Assembly: GCA_951406725.2 (NCBI GenBank) | Contig: OX597816.1 | Location: 26,536,001-26,600,000, forward strand | Origin: Octopus vulgaris | Taxonomy: Eukaryota | Direction: 5' to 3' | DNA length: 64,000 bases | Part shown: positions 13,785 to 27,200 of the stretch, piece after piece | Numbering within the stretch: position 1 is the first letter of the stretch | Layout of the letters: the number at the start of each line of letters is the position of its first letter | The notes under the pieces: model-generated | What the model was told of the DNA's origin: nothing | Databases searched by the model: none | What the model saw: the letters and a program-made list of their open reading frames with translations, nothing else | Translations under genes and position numbers: made by a program

Positions 13785-14050
13785 AATAAACTGGATATTA
13801 TTATAAAGGATCAGACAAAAAAATTTGTGTTTATTAATTGACATGAGTATTCCTTGCGATCACAATATTAGCGGCGAAAGAATTTGACAAGATCAGTAAC
13901 TATAAAAACTTGCTAATAGAAATTTTTTAAATAATAATAATAATAATAGCGATCGCTCTCGTCAATTTCTACGTATGAGTGTTTGAAGGAGAGGATTTAA
14001 CGAAAAGAGAAGGAAAAAGTGAGAAAAAGAGTAAACTACTATAAAAACAA

Positions 14051-14147
<97 letters not shown>

Positions 14148-14320
14148 CACCAGGACTTACAAATACATATAACATACAGAAAATTGCACTACTAGGCACT
14201 GCACACATCTTACGCAGAACACTTTCCATACAATAACCATGAGAGCATCACAGCACATACCCAAGGCACACAGAGCTGCGCTCGGTAGTGAAGTGAAAGC
14301 ACGTTATAAAAATAAAACTA

Positions 14321-14400
<80 letters not shown>

Positions 14401-14627
14401 TAATAATAATAATAATAATAATAATAACTGTCTTTATATTTGTTCTCAAAAAAAATGGTACAAATGTAAAGATCGAACACCTACAAAAATCATCTTTTCT
14501 TGGAACTACAAGAGTTCTCTGCAGGGTTCTTGAAGCGTAATCAGTAAACAAGTGTCAACTTAGTCTGATGGATGTGGATAACTGACACACTTTCTATCAT
14601 ACCCGGCAAAATAAGGTGTGAGATTTC

Positions 14628-14630
<3 letters not shown>
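13785..14630 (+). mobile_element. Cluster of three short R4/Dong-like RLE-LINE fragments, each bounded by (TAA)n
   Basis: 13785-13925 ..CLLIDMSIPCDHNI..KEFDKISNYKNL; 14146-14325 TPGLTNTYNIQKIALLGTAHILRRTLSIQ* plus UTR; 14455-14630 KIEHLQKSSFLGTTRVLCRVLEA* plus UTR. Confidence 0.8.
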
Positions 14631-14677
<47 letters not shown>

Positions 14678-15984
14678 GTAATAACAATCCTTTCTACAAT
14701 AAGTACAAGGCCAGAAATTTGGTGGGAGGGGACTTGTCGTTTACATCGATCTCGGTGTTTCACTGGTACTTAATTTATCAACATCAAAGGATGAAAGGTA
14801 AAGTCGACCTCGGCGGAATTTGAACTCATACCATTTCTTAGTGAGGGAATACAGTCGGTTGGATAAACGACCCCAGTATACTTAACTGGGTTTTTTTATG
14901 GAAACGGAAAGAAAAATGGCGAAATTGGCGCCAGCATGATTTTATATTAGGATGTAATGGCTGAAAGTAAATAGCTTCAGACAGTTCGTGTAACACTCTA
15001 TCTTTTCTGCCAAAAACTGGAAAAGTAATTAGAAACACTGCAGCATAAAATACACGGCGTTAGAGCGTCGGAAAAATGCCATGCAGTATCTATTCCGATT
15101 CTTTGCGTTCTAAATTCAAATCCTACCTATATCAGCTTTGCCTTACATCCCTTTAGGTATAAGACGTCTTGTCACTGCTGTTTTGGCACAGCCAATCTGG
15201 CGTCACTGATTCCACACTGAATGATTTGACATCAGACGTTTTAATGTTCCACTCATTCTCTCCCTCCTTTCTTCTCTCTCTCTCCCTCTCTTACTCTCCC
15301 CTTCACACACATCCACACTCATTTTGTAAGTATATTTATCTTTATGTGTGTAAGAAGAGGGTAAGTGTTTATGTCATTGTCTCTCTCCTTCCCTATCTCT
15401 CTCACTCTTATCTCTATATTTCTGCGTGCGTGCGCCAAATAGGATCAATATTCAAACAGCCGTACCAAATAGCCAGTGTCCAAACAGCTACGCACAACTG
15501 TCTCATGCATATCCCGTTATATCCTATCAGATTCGTTAAAAAGACAGCACCTGTCCAAGGCAGTGAATTGGTTGGACAATAAAGCATTGGGTGAAATTTC
15601 TTGTGGTATCTGTTTCGGCTCTGTGACTTGAGGGTTTCAATACTGCTTCGAGTATCCAGAAAAAACTGGGCCTGTTGAAGCCCAGCAAAAGTTAATTTAG
15701 TCTTAGGAAGTTCTTAATCATGCCAGCACATGATAGATGTGACCCAATTCACCTGTCTGGGAAGTACTGTAAGCAGCACTGGCATATGTGGAAATGGACA
15801 TAAACTGCATAATTGGTAAAGCAACAACAGTGCTCCAGCTGGTGCGTTCCATCTGGGTGGTCTTAAACATTAGCACTGATATGAAATTTCGTCTATATAC
15901 CTCCATTGTTCGTCTTACTGTAACCGGTGCCAGCGAAACTTGGAAGAAAGAGCATAGTAAAGACGGATAGAAAACAAAGTGTTT

Positions 15985-16301
15985 CTTATTTCTTATTTCT
16001 TTACTGCCCACAAGAGGCTACACACAGAGGGGCAAACAAGGACAGACAAACGGATTAAATCGATTACATCGACCCCAATGCGTAACTGGTACTTAATTTA
16101 TCGACCCCGAAAGGATTAAAAGCAAAGTCAACCTCGGCGGAATTTGAACTCAGAACGTAACGGCAGACGAAATACTGCTAAGCATTTCGCCCGTCGCGTT
16201 AACGTTTCTGCCAGCTCGCCGCCTTAATGCCATCTCGCCGCCTTAATACCAGCTCGCCGCCTTAATGTCAGCTCGCTGCCTTAATGTCAGCTCGCCGCCT
16301 T
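15985..16301 (-). mobile_element. SINE family A (tail type i) with a 5x tandem 19-mer at its 5' end
   Basis: Full unit; approximate TSD TAGAAAACAAAGTGTTTC / TAGAAAAAAATGTATTC. Confidence 0.85.
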
Positions 16302-16465
16302 AGAAAAAAATGTATTCAATTAAAGGTGCCTCAGAATGATATCGATGGTCAATAGGCAGGTCCGTGTCACAAATCCGGAGAATCTGAGAGGAGTGAGATC
16401 ACGACCACTGCAAGAGATTGTAATAGAGAAATGATTCCGCCAAGCTTGCTGCATTCCGTGTAGTC

Positions 16466-17096
16466 CAGTGGTTCTCAACCGTCATCCATACAATCCTTGA
16501 GAGTCTGTATAAGATTTCGTCGTTAAAATTCATCTGCAATTAATTACTCTTTTACTTGTTTCAGTCATGTGACTATGGCCATGCTGAAGCACCGCCTCTA
16601 GTCGAGCAAATCGACCCCAGGACTTGTTCTTTGTAAGCCTAGTACTCTTTTTGCCCAACCGCTAAGTTACGGGGACGTAAACACACCAGCATCGGTTGTC
16701 AAGCGATGTTGAGGGGACAAACACTGACGCACAAAACATATACACACATACATATATACATACCATATATACATATATACGACGGGCTTCTTTCAGTTTC
16801 CGTCTACCAAATCCACTCACAAGGTTTTGGTCGGCTCGAGGTTATAGTAGAAGACACTTGCCCAAGGTGTCACGCCGTGTGACTGAACCCGGAACCATGT
16901 GGTTGGTAAGCAAGTTACTTACCACACAGCCACTCCTACGCCTGGTAATACTTCTACAATGTACAAAATATTTTAGCAATTTTTCTATACAATTCGTGAT
17001 ATTGAAGCATAAAAATATAATGATTTTTTAGGAGGGTACATACGAGTGAAATAGGAATCAAAGGTGCCCTTAGGTAAAAAAAATGGTGAGACACTG
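16466..17096. mobile_element. hAT-like MITE containing a SINE B insertion (16544-16943, -)
   Basis: TIRs CAGTGGTTCTCAACC / GGTGAGACACTG; 8-bp TSD GTGTAGTC / GTTTAGTT. Confidence 0.65.
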
Positions 17097-17640
17097 GTTT
17101 AGTTCATCAACAGCTCTCGAAAACCTCCATGATTTGGGTACCACCAGTAGGTTGGTGTAAAAGGAGCAAGCCGGACATCACTTGGCAGGGGATGTTTCCA
17201 GATGACCTGATGACAGTCAACATTGCGGATTGGATATACAAGGATAGCCACCGACAGAACCCGGCGGGGGAAGCTTGCCGCCCGATGCGCTAAGCTGCGC
17301 TGGCAGACGTAAAGCTAGAGCTATGTTCACCCCTGTACCCTCACTTCAAATGTAACATCAATTATATTATCAAATTGCAAGCGTCTCTTACGAATGCGTA
17401 ACAACAAAAATATTCCCTACTTGAAAGCCTTTGCTTCTTTGCAATCAAACAATATGTATACCACCAACGGAGAACGCATCTTATCAACAAACGTATCAGC
17501 TATAGAAATATAATACATCAAAGTATGTTTATCTTCCATACTGATAGGAAAGAGAGGAGTCATGATGAAGTTGCCATGTAGATTTACGAATATTTTAAAT
17601 GTCAAACTTAAACTCGGCTTCTGAACACACTTAACAGTTC

Positions 17641-18116
<476 letters not shown>

Positions 18117-18817
18117 ATATATCATCCAGCAAATTAGAAATTAGTAAAGAAAAAATGGCAGATAACCTCGAAGCTGAACTGGCGCGATCTTCTCTCTTAC
18201 TGCAAAATAACGACATGAATGTGAAGAAATTTATTTCAATGGAGCAAGTTAGAGACGCTGTGTTCGTGATTTTAATGTTTTAATGTTCACAGAAATATCG
18301 TTCTCATGAAAGGGAAAATTCTCGTGAGATGATAAAACAGAAATCTCAACTCATTAAAATGGATGTTATGAAGACAGAAAATTTTCTTAAGAAGGCAGAG
18401 GCATTGGGTGTATGGTTAAAAAGCTCGTATTGCAACCACGTTTCAGGTTCGGTTGTTTCGGGTTCAGTCCCACTGTGTGGTACCTTAGGCAAGTATCTTC
18501 TATTATAGACTTGGGCCGATCAATTTCTTGTGAATGAATTTAGTAAACGGAAACTGTATGAAAGCCCTTCATATATGTGTAATGTGTATGTGGGGGGGTC
18601 TGTCTTTGTTCCTGTTTTTTCCCCCGCCACCGCTTGACAACCGATGTTGGCTTGTTTAAGTCTCTGTAACAAAGTGGTTCGGCAAAAAGGAATTGACAGA
18701 ATGTGCAACAGACTATTCGCGTCGATTTGTTCGACTAATACCCTTCAAGTCGGCGCCTCAGTATTGACACAGTCCGATGGTTGAAACCAAGGGAAAGGTA
18801 AACGAACGAACGAACAA

Positions 18818-18849
<32 letters not shown>

Positions 18850-19079
18850 AACGAAACGAAGGAAGGAAGGAAGGAATTCAAATTCCTTGACCAGGCGATG
18901 CCTTGTGCTCTTGAGCGAAACACTTCATTTTAATATTGCTCCAGTCAACTTAGTAGGCAGGAATGAGTAATTCTGCGTTCCTTCCCGTGGGTGGAGGGAT
19001 ATATTTCCTACAAAATGCAGGGAAACAGCCTTATGAGCCCATGGCTCAGAAGGGTATTTTGATCCATGTTTTTGATATA

Positions 19080-19191
19080 CAAGGTGGGCCTAATTATGGG
19101 ACAAGGTATGCTAGTAACTTGGATTATATAAATGGCGTAGAGTATCAAATGTGTTTATTACATAACTGTCCCATCATCATGGCCCACCCTG
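19080..19191. mobile_element. Tc1/mariner-type MITE, 112 bp
   Basis: TIRs CAAGGTGGGCCTAATTATGGGACA / TGTCCCATCATCATGGCCCACCCTG with TA on both sides. Confidence 0.7.
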
Positions 19192-19606
19192 TATTTGATA
19201 CATTACACATACATACAAATATAACAAATGCTCACACACATAAAGGGAGAGAATGTGGGAAGAGCTAGAGAAACATTAAAAAGTCTGGTGTCAAATAAGT
19301 CAGCGTCAAATCAGTGACGCCAAATTGGCGGTGCCAAAACGGCTATGCCAAAACTTCTCATACCCATGAAATGCCGCTTATACATAAGCATAGAACGAAA
19401 CGAGGTGAGTATCAGGGCCTGTTGATTTATTTTTTCACTTGCTTTTGTTCTTTCACTTGTTTCTGTCATAGGACTGCAGCCATGCTGGGGCACCGTCTTG
19501 AAGTGTTTAGTCGAACAAATTTAACCCAGTACGTTTTCTAAAACTGGTTCTTATTCGATCGGTCTCTTTTGCTGAACTGCGATTGCGTGGTCGTAAACAA
19601 ACCAAC

Positions 19607-19872
19607 AGAAGTGTAAGTGGTTGAGCACTCCACAGATAGCCGTAGTCTTAATGTAGTTCTCAGGGAGAATCAGCGTGTCACAGAATGTGATAAGGCTGGG
19701 CCCTTTGAAATTCAAGTACAACTCATTTTTGCCAGCTGAGTGAACTGGAGCAACGTGAAATGAAGTGAAATGAAGTGACTTGTTCAAGGACAAAACGCGC
19801 CACAGGGTATCGAACTCACAACGTTACGATCGTGAGCCGAATACTCCTAACCACCAGGCCATGCGCCTTCAC
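19607..19872 (-). mobile_element. SINE family D (tRNA-like head TGAAGGCGCATGGCCTGGTGGTTAGG..GAGTTCGAT)
   Basis: Homologous to 22033-22345 (-), 31332-31468 (+) and 63920-64000 (-). Confidence 0.75.
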
Positions 19873-19886
19873 ATTAACAACGGGAT

Positions 19887-20122
19887 ATTTGTTTCTTTAT
19901 TACCCACAAGGGGCTAAACATAGAGGGGACAAACAAGAACAGACAAACGGATAAAGTCGATTATATCGACCCCAGTGCGTAACTGGTACTTAATTTATTG
20001 ACCCCGAAAGGATGCAAGGCAAAGTCGACCTCGGCGGAATTTGAACTCAGAACGTAACGGCAGACGAAACACGGCTACGCATTTCGCCCGGCGTGCTAAC
20101 GTTTCTGCCAGCTCGCCGCCTT
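19887..20122 (-). mobile_element. SINE family A (tail i), young
   Basis: 18-bp TSD CATTAACAAC(G/A)GGATATT. Confidence 0.9.
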
Positions 20123-20174
20123 CATTAACAACAGGATATTGAAACAGCTACTACTCAACCTGTTACATATAAAT

Positions 20175-20567
20175 ATACTTGAACTTTTCAAAATATTGAC
20201 AAAGTTGTTTATGGGATGATATATTACGAGATAAGGGATTTTGGCATAACTGGCAAACTAGAAGAATGCTTGCAAGGCGTTTTAACGTACAGAAGTCAAG
20301 TTGTTATGATTAATATTACACTTTCAAAGATAGGTTGACAGATTTTAATGAAGCGCTTCATAGGATTGGTCTGGGACAATTACAGTTTGTAATACTTCAC
20401 ACATAGGCGCAGGCGTGGCTGTGTGGTAAGTAGCTTGCTTAGCAGTTACATAGTTCCGGGTTTAGACCTACTGCGTGGCACCTTGGGCAAGTGTCTTCTA
20501 CTATAGCATCGGGCTGACCAAAGCCTTGTGAGTGTACTTGGTAGACGGAAACTGAGAGAAGCCCGTC

Positions 20568-20622
<55 letters not shown>

Positions 20623-20970
20623 TGTGTGTTTATGTGTTTGTGTTTGTCACCCCAACATCGCTTGACAACCGATGCAGGTGTGTTTACGTCCCCGTAACTT
20701 AGAGGTTCGGCAAAAGAGACTGATAGAATAAGTACTAGAGAATAAGTACTAGGCTTACAAAGAATAAGTCCTGAGGTCGATTTGCTTGACTAAAGGCGGT
20801 GCTCCAGCATGGACACAGTCAAATGGCTGAAACAAGTAAAAGAGTAAAAAGAGTAAAGAGTAATATGTGTCTTCAGTTATTAGATTAACAATTCTCGCTA
20901 GCTATACTGATGATATGAAACTACAGCATACATTAAAATGTTCTAGTGATTTCAAAACTCTACAGCAAAA
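20175..20970 (+). pseudogene. Degraded CR1/L2-like RT fragment split by a SINE B (20405-20862, +)
   Basis: IRDFGITGKLEECLQGVLTYRSQVVMIN before the SINE; LASYTDDMKL (YADD-like) after it. Confidence 0.6.
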
Positions 20971-22032
20971 ACCCCAGGGCCTAAAAGAGCGCATTGTTTA
21001 ATGCAAAAATACTCAAGAATGTTTTAAATACTTCACTATCAACTTATGAGGTCTCCGTCTGTCATTAACGGCATCTAACTTTGGCAATGAATGTTATGGA
21101 ACTTACGGAGCTTGAGCACAACCAAATTCCGCTAAATGTACAACCTCCGCTTCTTTCCGAAGAGGAACTAGTATTTTAATAGCTACAGTGCTCAAAGGTT
21201 TACATTTCAGCTATATAATACATCAAAAACATGACGGATTAACATGAAATTGATGTAATACAGTAAACAACATTTGAATGGAACCTACAACACATCAAGA
21301 AATGTAATCGAGAAACGTATCATCAAAATCTCGTTCAGCAAATATTAAACACAAGGCCAAGTCTGCAGCAGAAGTATTGATGGCAGTGCCCCAGAATAGT
21401 TTCCTCCTACTTGTTGGAATTACTAAAAGATTAAATATTAAACAGATGTGTCTATCTCCAAATATACATATGTGTATATATATATGAAAGAAAGTCTAGC
21501 TTTGCTCTGAAATAATTCTCGAGTTTAAACCCCTACGGTGCGCTAACAGCTCTTTGCATCGTTACAAGTGAAGAATCGTGATTCTGAAATAGTTGGGCCT
21601 CAATCAGCTTTCGAAACGAACACTTACAACTACACGTGTTCTCACAGTCGGGATGTTTATATATCAGCCAATATCCAGAATAAATCAAATGAGTGAGGAC
21701 ATGCTAGTTATTTCGCAGATCTCATGCTAGCTTTCGTTACGGTTCGTTTCCAGCAGAATCTAAACTAATTTATGCACTAAAATAACTATATGATTTATGA
21801 GTTCTTTGCTTAAATAACACACATTCACAACGGAGGGGTATTTCTTTTATTTCTCAGAACAAACTAGGACTTTTTTTTTAAAAAAAAAGAACTGTTTTTC
21901 ATAGAAACGTGATAGAGTGACTGCGGCGTATATAGTTCAAAGAGCAGAAAGAAAAAAATATGTAAATAAAATATTTTGAAATTTGTGGTTAAATTTGTTT
22001 TAAAAAAGATCAAGAATGACAAATTACAACTG

Positions 22033-22345
22033 GCACTCCGTCGGTTACGACGACGAGTGTTCCAGCTGATCCGATCAACGAAACATCCTGCTCATGAAAT
22101 TAACGTACAGGTGGCTGTGTATTCCACCGACATATTTAACCTTGATGTAGTTCTCGGCGATATTCAGCGTGGTAAAGAATGGGACAAGGTTGAGCCCTTT
22201 GAAATACAGGTTCTACTCAATTTTGCCAGCTGAGTGGTCTGGAGCAACTTGAAATAAAGAGTCTTGCTCAAGGACACAATGTGCTGCCGGGTATTGAACT
22301 CATGCTTGTGAATCGAATACTCTAACCACTAAATATGTGCCTTCA
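22033..22345 (-). mobile_element. SINE family D, full length
   Basis: Tail ends ..CTCGTCGTCGTAACCGACGGAGTGCC, shared with the SINE C copy at 52872. Confidence 0.8.
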
Positions 22346-22363
22346 CAACAACACCCACAACAA

Positions 22364-22835
22364 TGGAGGCGCAATGGCCCAATGGTTAGGGCAGCGGACT
22401 CGCGGTCGTAAGAACGCGGTTTCGATTCCCAGACCGGGCATTGTGAGTGTTTATTGAGTAAAAACACCTAAGCTCCACGATACTCCGGCGATTGGGTGGG
22501 GGTGAACTCCGCTGTACTCTTTCACCACAACTTTCTCTCACTCTTTCTTTCTAGTTCTGCAACAAAACAGAGGAACCATGGTGCAACCCACTATGGTGTG
22601 GTAAACTTTCAGACCCTAGTCTAGATTGCGAATCCTCTGTACCCCAGGATGGTTAAAACCACCGTTTACGGAATGAGGATAACAACGTAGCTTTCGCGCC
22701 CGTGCAACCGCCAGTCTATCGCGTGTGGTGGGTAGATCTTCAAGTTGCCACAATTCTTAGTAGCTTAGAGCACGCTCGAATTAGAGATTATTCTTTGTGG
22801 CTATTGGCGTGAGCCCTGATTGGAGTAATAAGAAG
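22364..22835 (+). mobile_element. SINE family C, tail 4
   Basis: tRNA-like head; 13-bp TSD ACACCCACAACAA at 22351-22363 and 22836-22848. Confidence 0.85.
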
Positions 22836-23065
22836 ACACCCACAACAAGTAACAAGGACAAAACTACGAATGAGTTCGTTTTACTTTGAAGTGACATTCA
22901 TAGCGGTTGTATACTCTCCTTGTGGTATCTGTATACAGATAGCTTCTAATACAATAACATAACAATCACCACCACCACACCAACCACAGCAACAATAATG
23001 ATAACGATGTTGACCGCCAAACACTAGGTTTAAAATGGCTTGACATAATTTGATAGAGTGAAGAA

Positions 23066-23454
23066 TAGGCGCAGGACCGGCTGTGTGGTAAGTAGCCTGC
23101 TTACCAACCACATGGTTCCGGGTTCAGTCCCACTGCGTGGCACCTTGGGCAAGTGTCTTCTAATATAGCCTCGGGCCGACCAAAGCCTTGTGAGTGGATT
23201 TGGTAGACGGAAACTATACTATGTATATGTATATATATGTGTATGTGTGTTTGTGTGTCAGTGTTTGTCCCCACAACATCGCTTGACAACCAATGCTGGT
23301 ATGTTTACGTCCTCGTAACTTAGCGGTTCGGCAAAAGAGACCGATGGAATAAGTACTAGGCTTACAAAGAATAAGTCCTGGGATCGATTTTCTCGACTAA
23401 AGGCGGTGCTCCAGCATGACCGCAGTCAAATGACTGAAACAAGTAAAAGAGTAA
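23066..23454 (+). mobile_element. SINE family B
   Basis: Full unit; another copy at 24220-24555. Confidence 0.9.
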
Positions 23455-23693
23455 TAACAATGATAATACTTTCTAGAATAGACACAAGGCCTGAAATTTT
23501 GGCGGGGCAATGGGTTAGACGATTGCACCGACCTCAGTAGTTCAACTGGTACTTATTTTATTGTCCCCGAATGAATGAAAAACAAAGTCGACCTTGGCGG
23601 AATTTGAACTCTAACATAAAGACTGACGAAATACTGCTGAGTGTTTTTGTCCGGCGTTCTCACGACTCTGCCAGCTCGCTACCTCAATAATGA

Positions 23694-23694
<1 letters not shown>

Positions 23695-23724
<30 letters not shown>

Positions 23725-23833
23725 AAGAAGAAGAAGAAGAAGAAGAAGAAGAAGAAGAAGAAGAAGAAGAAGAAGAAAAAGAAGAAGAAGAAGAAGAAGA
23801 AGAAGAAGAAGAAGAAGAAGAAGAAGAAGAAGA
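23695..23833. repeat. (AAG)n microsatellite, about 46 units
   Basis: Direct inspection; one interruption. Confidence 0.95.
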
Positions 23834-24389
23834 ATTTGGCAAAGTATTGCTTAAATTCAAACTACAGGAGTTTGTTTGTTTGTACAAAAACATAAGGGTA
23901 AGAAACGTGATAGAGTGACTGCGGTATATATATTCCTGCAAGTGTCACAAGCGGATGGTTAGTGGAACACCCCATGTTATTTCTTCAGATCTTTGGTTGA
24001 CCTGAAAAAAAGAAGCAAAAAAAAAGAGGCGTAAAAGAAGGATAAAGAAAGGAACTGGAAAAGGCACAAAGAAAACAGAAAAAAATATTAAATGAATATA
24101 ATGGGATAAAAGAGTCTCTTTGGGATATATACATTAAGATACATATATACATACATATACAATTATATACATACATACATATACATAATATATATATATA
24201 TATATATATATACATAAGATAGGCGCAGGAGTGGCTGTGTGGTAAGTAGCTTGCTTACCAACCACATGGTTCCGGGTTCAGTCCCACAACATGGGACCTT
24301 GTGCAAGTGTCTTCTACTATAATCTCGGACCGACCAAAGCTTTGTGTATGGATTTGGCAGATGGAATCTGAAAGAGGCTTGTCGTATAT

Positions 24390-24462
<73 letters not shown>

Positions 24463-24589
24463 TGTGTGTGTGTTTATGTTCCCCGTTACATAGCGGTTCG
24501 GCAAAAGAGACCGATAGAATAAGTACTAGGCTTACAAAGAATAAGTCCTGGGGTCCATAAGAATAAATGAATAAATGAAATACATACAT

Positions 24590-25130
24590 ACCAATCTTGA
24601 GAAAGTAGGCTTCTCAAAAAGAGAAAGCTGATTCGAAGACTACAGATCTAATCCATCACCGGAACTGTAAAAATCTGTTAAACTTTCCAGAAGTTTATCT
24701 TTTAAGTATATTTGAGCATGCCTAGATACGAAACTATATCCATGAGAATACATCAAAGTACTACCTCTCTATGCGACACGACGCTGTCGCTAAAATAATA
24801 TACAATGCCATCCGTAAGAAAGTCTATCCTAAAATAAATATAGACACCCTACACCTACTCTGTTATTAAATGCATAAGCAAACACCAGCACCAGGAATAT
24901 GGATGGAACTTTCCTATCAAAACTTCTGTCAGTTGTGAACATAACAGGTCGGATATTGCCGTTTGGGACGAGAAAAAAAGCATGTAACGCTATAGAAGTC
25001 AACTACCCTGCTGATGTGAATATCTCATCGAAAATCAAACGTAAGAGGTTATCTACGGACAACTGCCTCGAAACGTCCAGCTTCTACATCCAGATTACAA
25101 AGTCACGTTTACGCCAGTAATAAATAGTAT
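24590..25130 (+). mobile_element. Two RLE-LINE fragments in swapped order, (CATA)n-associated family
   Basis: NLEKVGFSKKRKLIRRLQI*SITGTVKIC (C-terminus) followed by YYLSMRHDAVAKIIYNAI..CEHNRSDIAVWD..IEVNYPADVNI. Confidence 0.7.
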
Positions 25131-25197
25131 ACTTGGTTTTGTGAGTAAATGCCTTGTGAGTGAATTTGGTAGACAGAAACAGTGTGGAGAGCTGGGG

Positions 25198-25616
25198 TGG
25201 GACCGAGCTGGCAGAAACGTTAGCACGCCGGGCGAAATGCTTAACGGTATTTCGTCTGCTGTTACGTTCTGAGTTCAAATTCAACCGAGGTCGACTTTTC
25301 CTTTCATCCTTTCGGGGTCGATAAATTAAGTACCAGTTACGCACTGGGGTCGATGTAATCGATTTGATCCGTTTATCTGTCCTTGTTTGTTCTCTCTGTG
25401 TTTAGCCCCTTTTGGGTAGTAAAGAAATAGGTATTTCGTTTGCCGTTACGTTCTGAGTTTAAATTCCGCCGAGGTCGACTTTGACTTCCATCCTTTCGGA
25501 GTAGATAAATTAAGTACCAGTTGCACACTGGGATTGACGTAATCGACTTAAAACCCTTTGTCTGTCCTTGTTTGTCCCCTCTATGTTTAGCCCCTTGTGG
25601 GCAATAAAGAAATAAG
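25198..25616 (+). mobile_element. Dimeric SINE A inserted in a SINE B remnant
   Basis: Second unit starts at GGTATTTCGT; 15-bp TSD AGAAACAGTGTGGAG. Confidence 0.85.
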
Positions 25617-25913
25617 AAACAGTGTGGAGATCCGTCATGTAATCACACACTCACACACAAGTGTCAACATAGATAAGCTGGGATTTTCACAAAATAAACC
25701 AGATAATTCGCATATTTCAAGAAATAATCCACCTAATTCGCACATTTCAAATATAATCTGTAAGTGGAATAGTAAAAGTATGCAAGACTTTTCTCAACTT
25801 TAAAATGTAAATTTATTTTCGCTATCTACATTTCAACGACGGAGCTTGGTACCTCTGTTTGAAACCAGATCTTTCCTCGGAGGAGGATTCCAAATAATTA
25901 AAGATATGTGAGA

Positions 25914-26410
25914 ACATACTTACATACATACATATACACACATATACATACATACATACATACATACATACATACATACATACATACATACATACATACA
26001 TACATACATACATACATACATACATACATGCATACATACACACATACAGACAGACAGACATACATACATACATACATGCATACATACATACATGCATACA
26101 TGCATACATACATACATACATACATATACATACATACATACATGCATACATACATACATACACACATACATACATACATACATACATACATACATACATA
26201 CATACACATATACATACATACATACATACATACATACATGCATACATGCATACATGCATACATACATACATACATACAAACACACACATATACATACATA
26301 CATACATACATACATACATACATACATACATACATACATACATACGTACGTACATACGTACATACATACATACATACATACATACATGCATGCATACATA
26401 CATACATACA

Positions 26411-26442
<32 letters not shown>

Positions 26443-26558
26443 AACATACATACATACATACATATAAACATACATACATGCATACATACATACATACATA
26501 CATACATACATACATACATACATACATACATACATACATACATACATACATACATACA
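25914..26558. repeat. (CATA)n microsatellite, about 640 bp
   Basis: Direct inspection. Confidence 0.95.
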
Positions 26559-26796
26559 GCTGATTCTTCGTTCGTGGGAAAATTCAAAATTAAACTCCGA
26601 GTAACATAAATACATAGTAACACATATAGTATGTATTTACTCCCTAAAGGACGACGCTTGGATTTCATGGGAAAAGGCGGTAATTGTGAAGTCACAAAGA
26701 ACAAGAAATATATATTTTAAGACCGAAACATGTGAATGAAATGGAGGAACGAAACAATAAATGTTAAGTGATACATTTAAGCTCACGGTAATACTT

Positions 26797-27200
26797 ACTC
26801 TTTTACTCTTTTACTTGTTTCAGTCATTTGACTGCGGCCATGCTGGAGCACCGCCTTTAGTCGAACAAATCGACCCCGGGACTTATTCTTTGTAAGCCCA
26901 GTACTTATTCTATTGGTCTTTTTTGCCGAACCGCTAAGTTACGGGGACTTAAACACACCAGCATCGGTTGTCAAGCAATGCTAGGGGGACAAACACACAC
27001 ACACAAACACACACACATACATATATATACATATATACGACATGCTTCTTTCAGTTTCCGTCTACCAAATCCACTCACAAGGCATTGGTCGGCCCGGGGC
27101 TTTAGCAGAAGACACTTGCCCAAGATGCCACGCAGTGGGATTGAACCCGGAACAATGTGGTTGGTTAGCAAGCTACTTACCACACAGCCACTCCTGCGCT
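26797..27200 (-). mobile_element. SINE family B flanked by a roughly 110-bp direct duplication
   Basis: 26687-26796 is repeated at 27203-27311. Confidence 0.9.

Larger units (their letters stand above)
15740..17310 (+). pseudogene. Degraded RTE-like LINE RT 3' portion, interrupted by younger elements
   Basis: FTCLGS..EMDINCIIGKATT..KFRLYTSIV..ASETW (15745-15945); RCLRMI..VTNPE (16323-16440); WVPPVGWCKRSKPDITW (17130-17185). Confidence 0.65.

Noticed and set aside
16211-16301. Short regularly repeated GC-rich unit (CRISPR-like at a glance)
   Set aside because: No unique spacers; tandem copy of a SINE end; eukaryotic context
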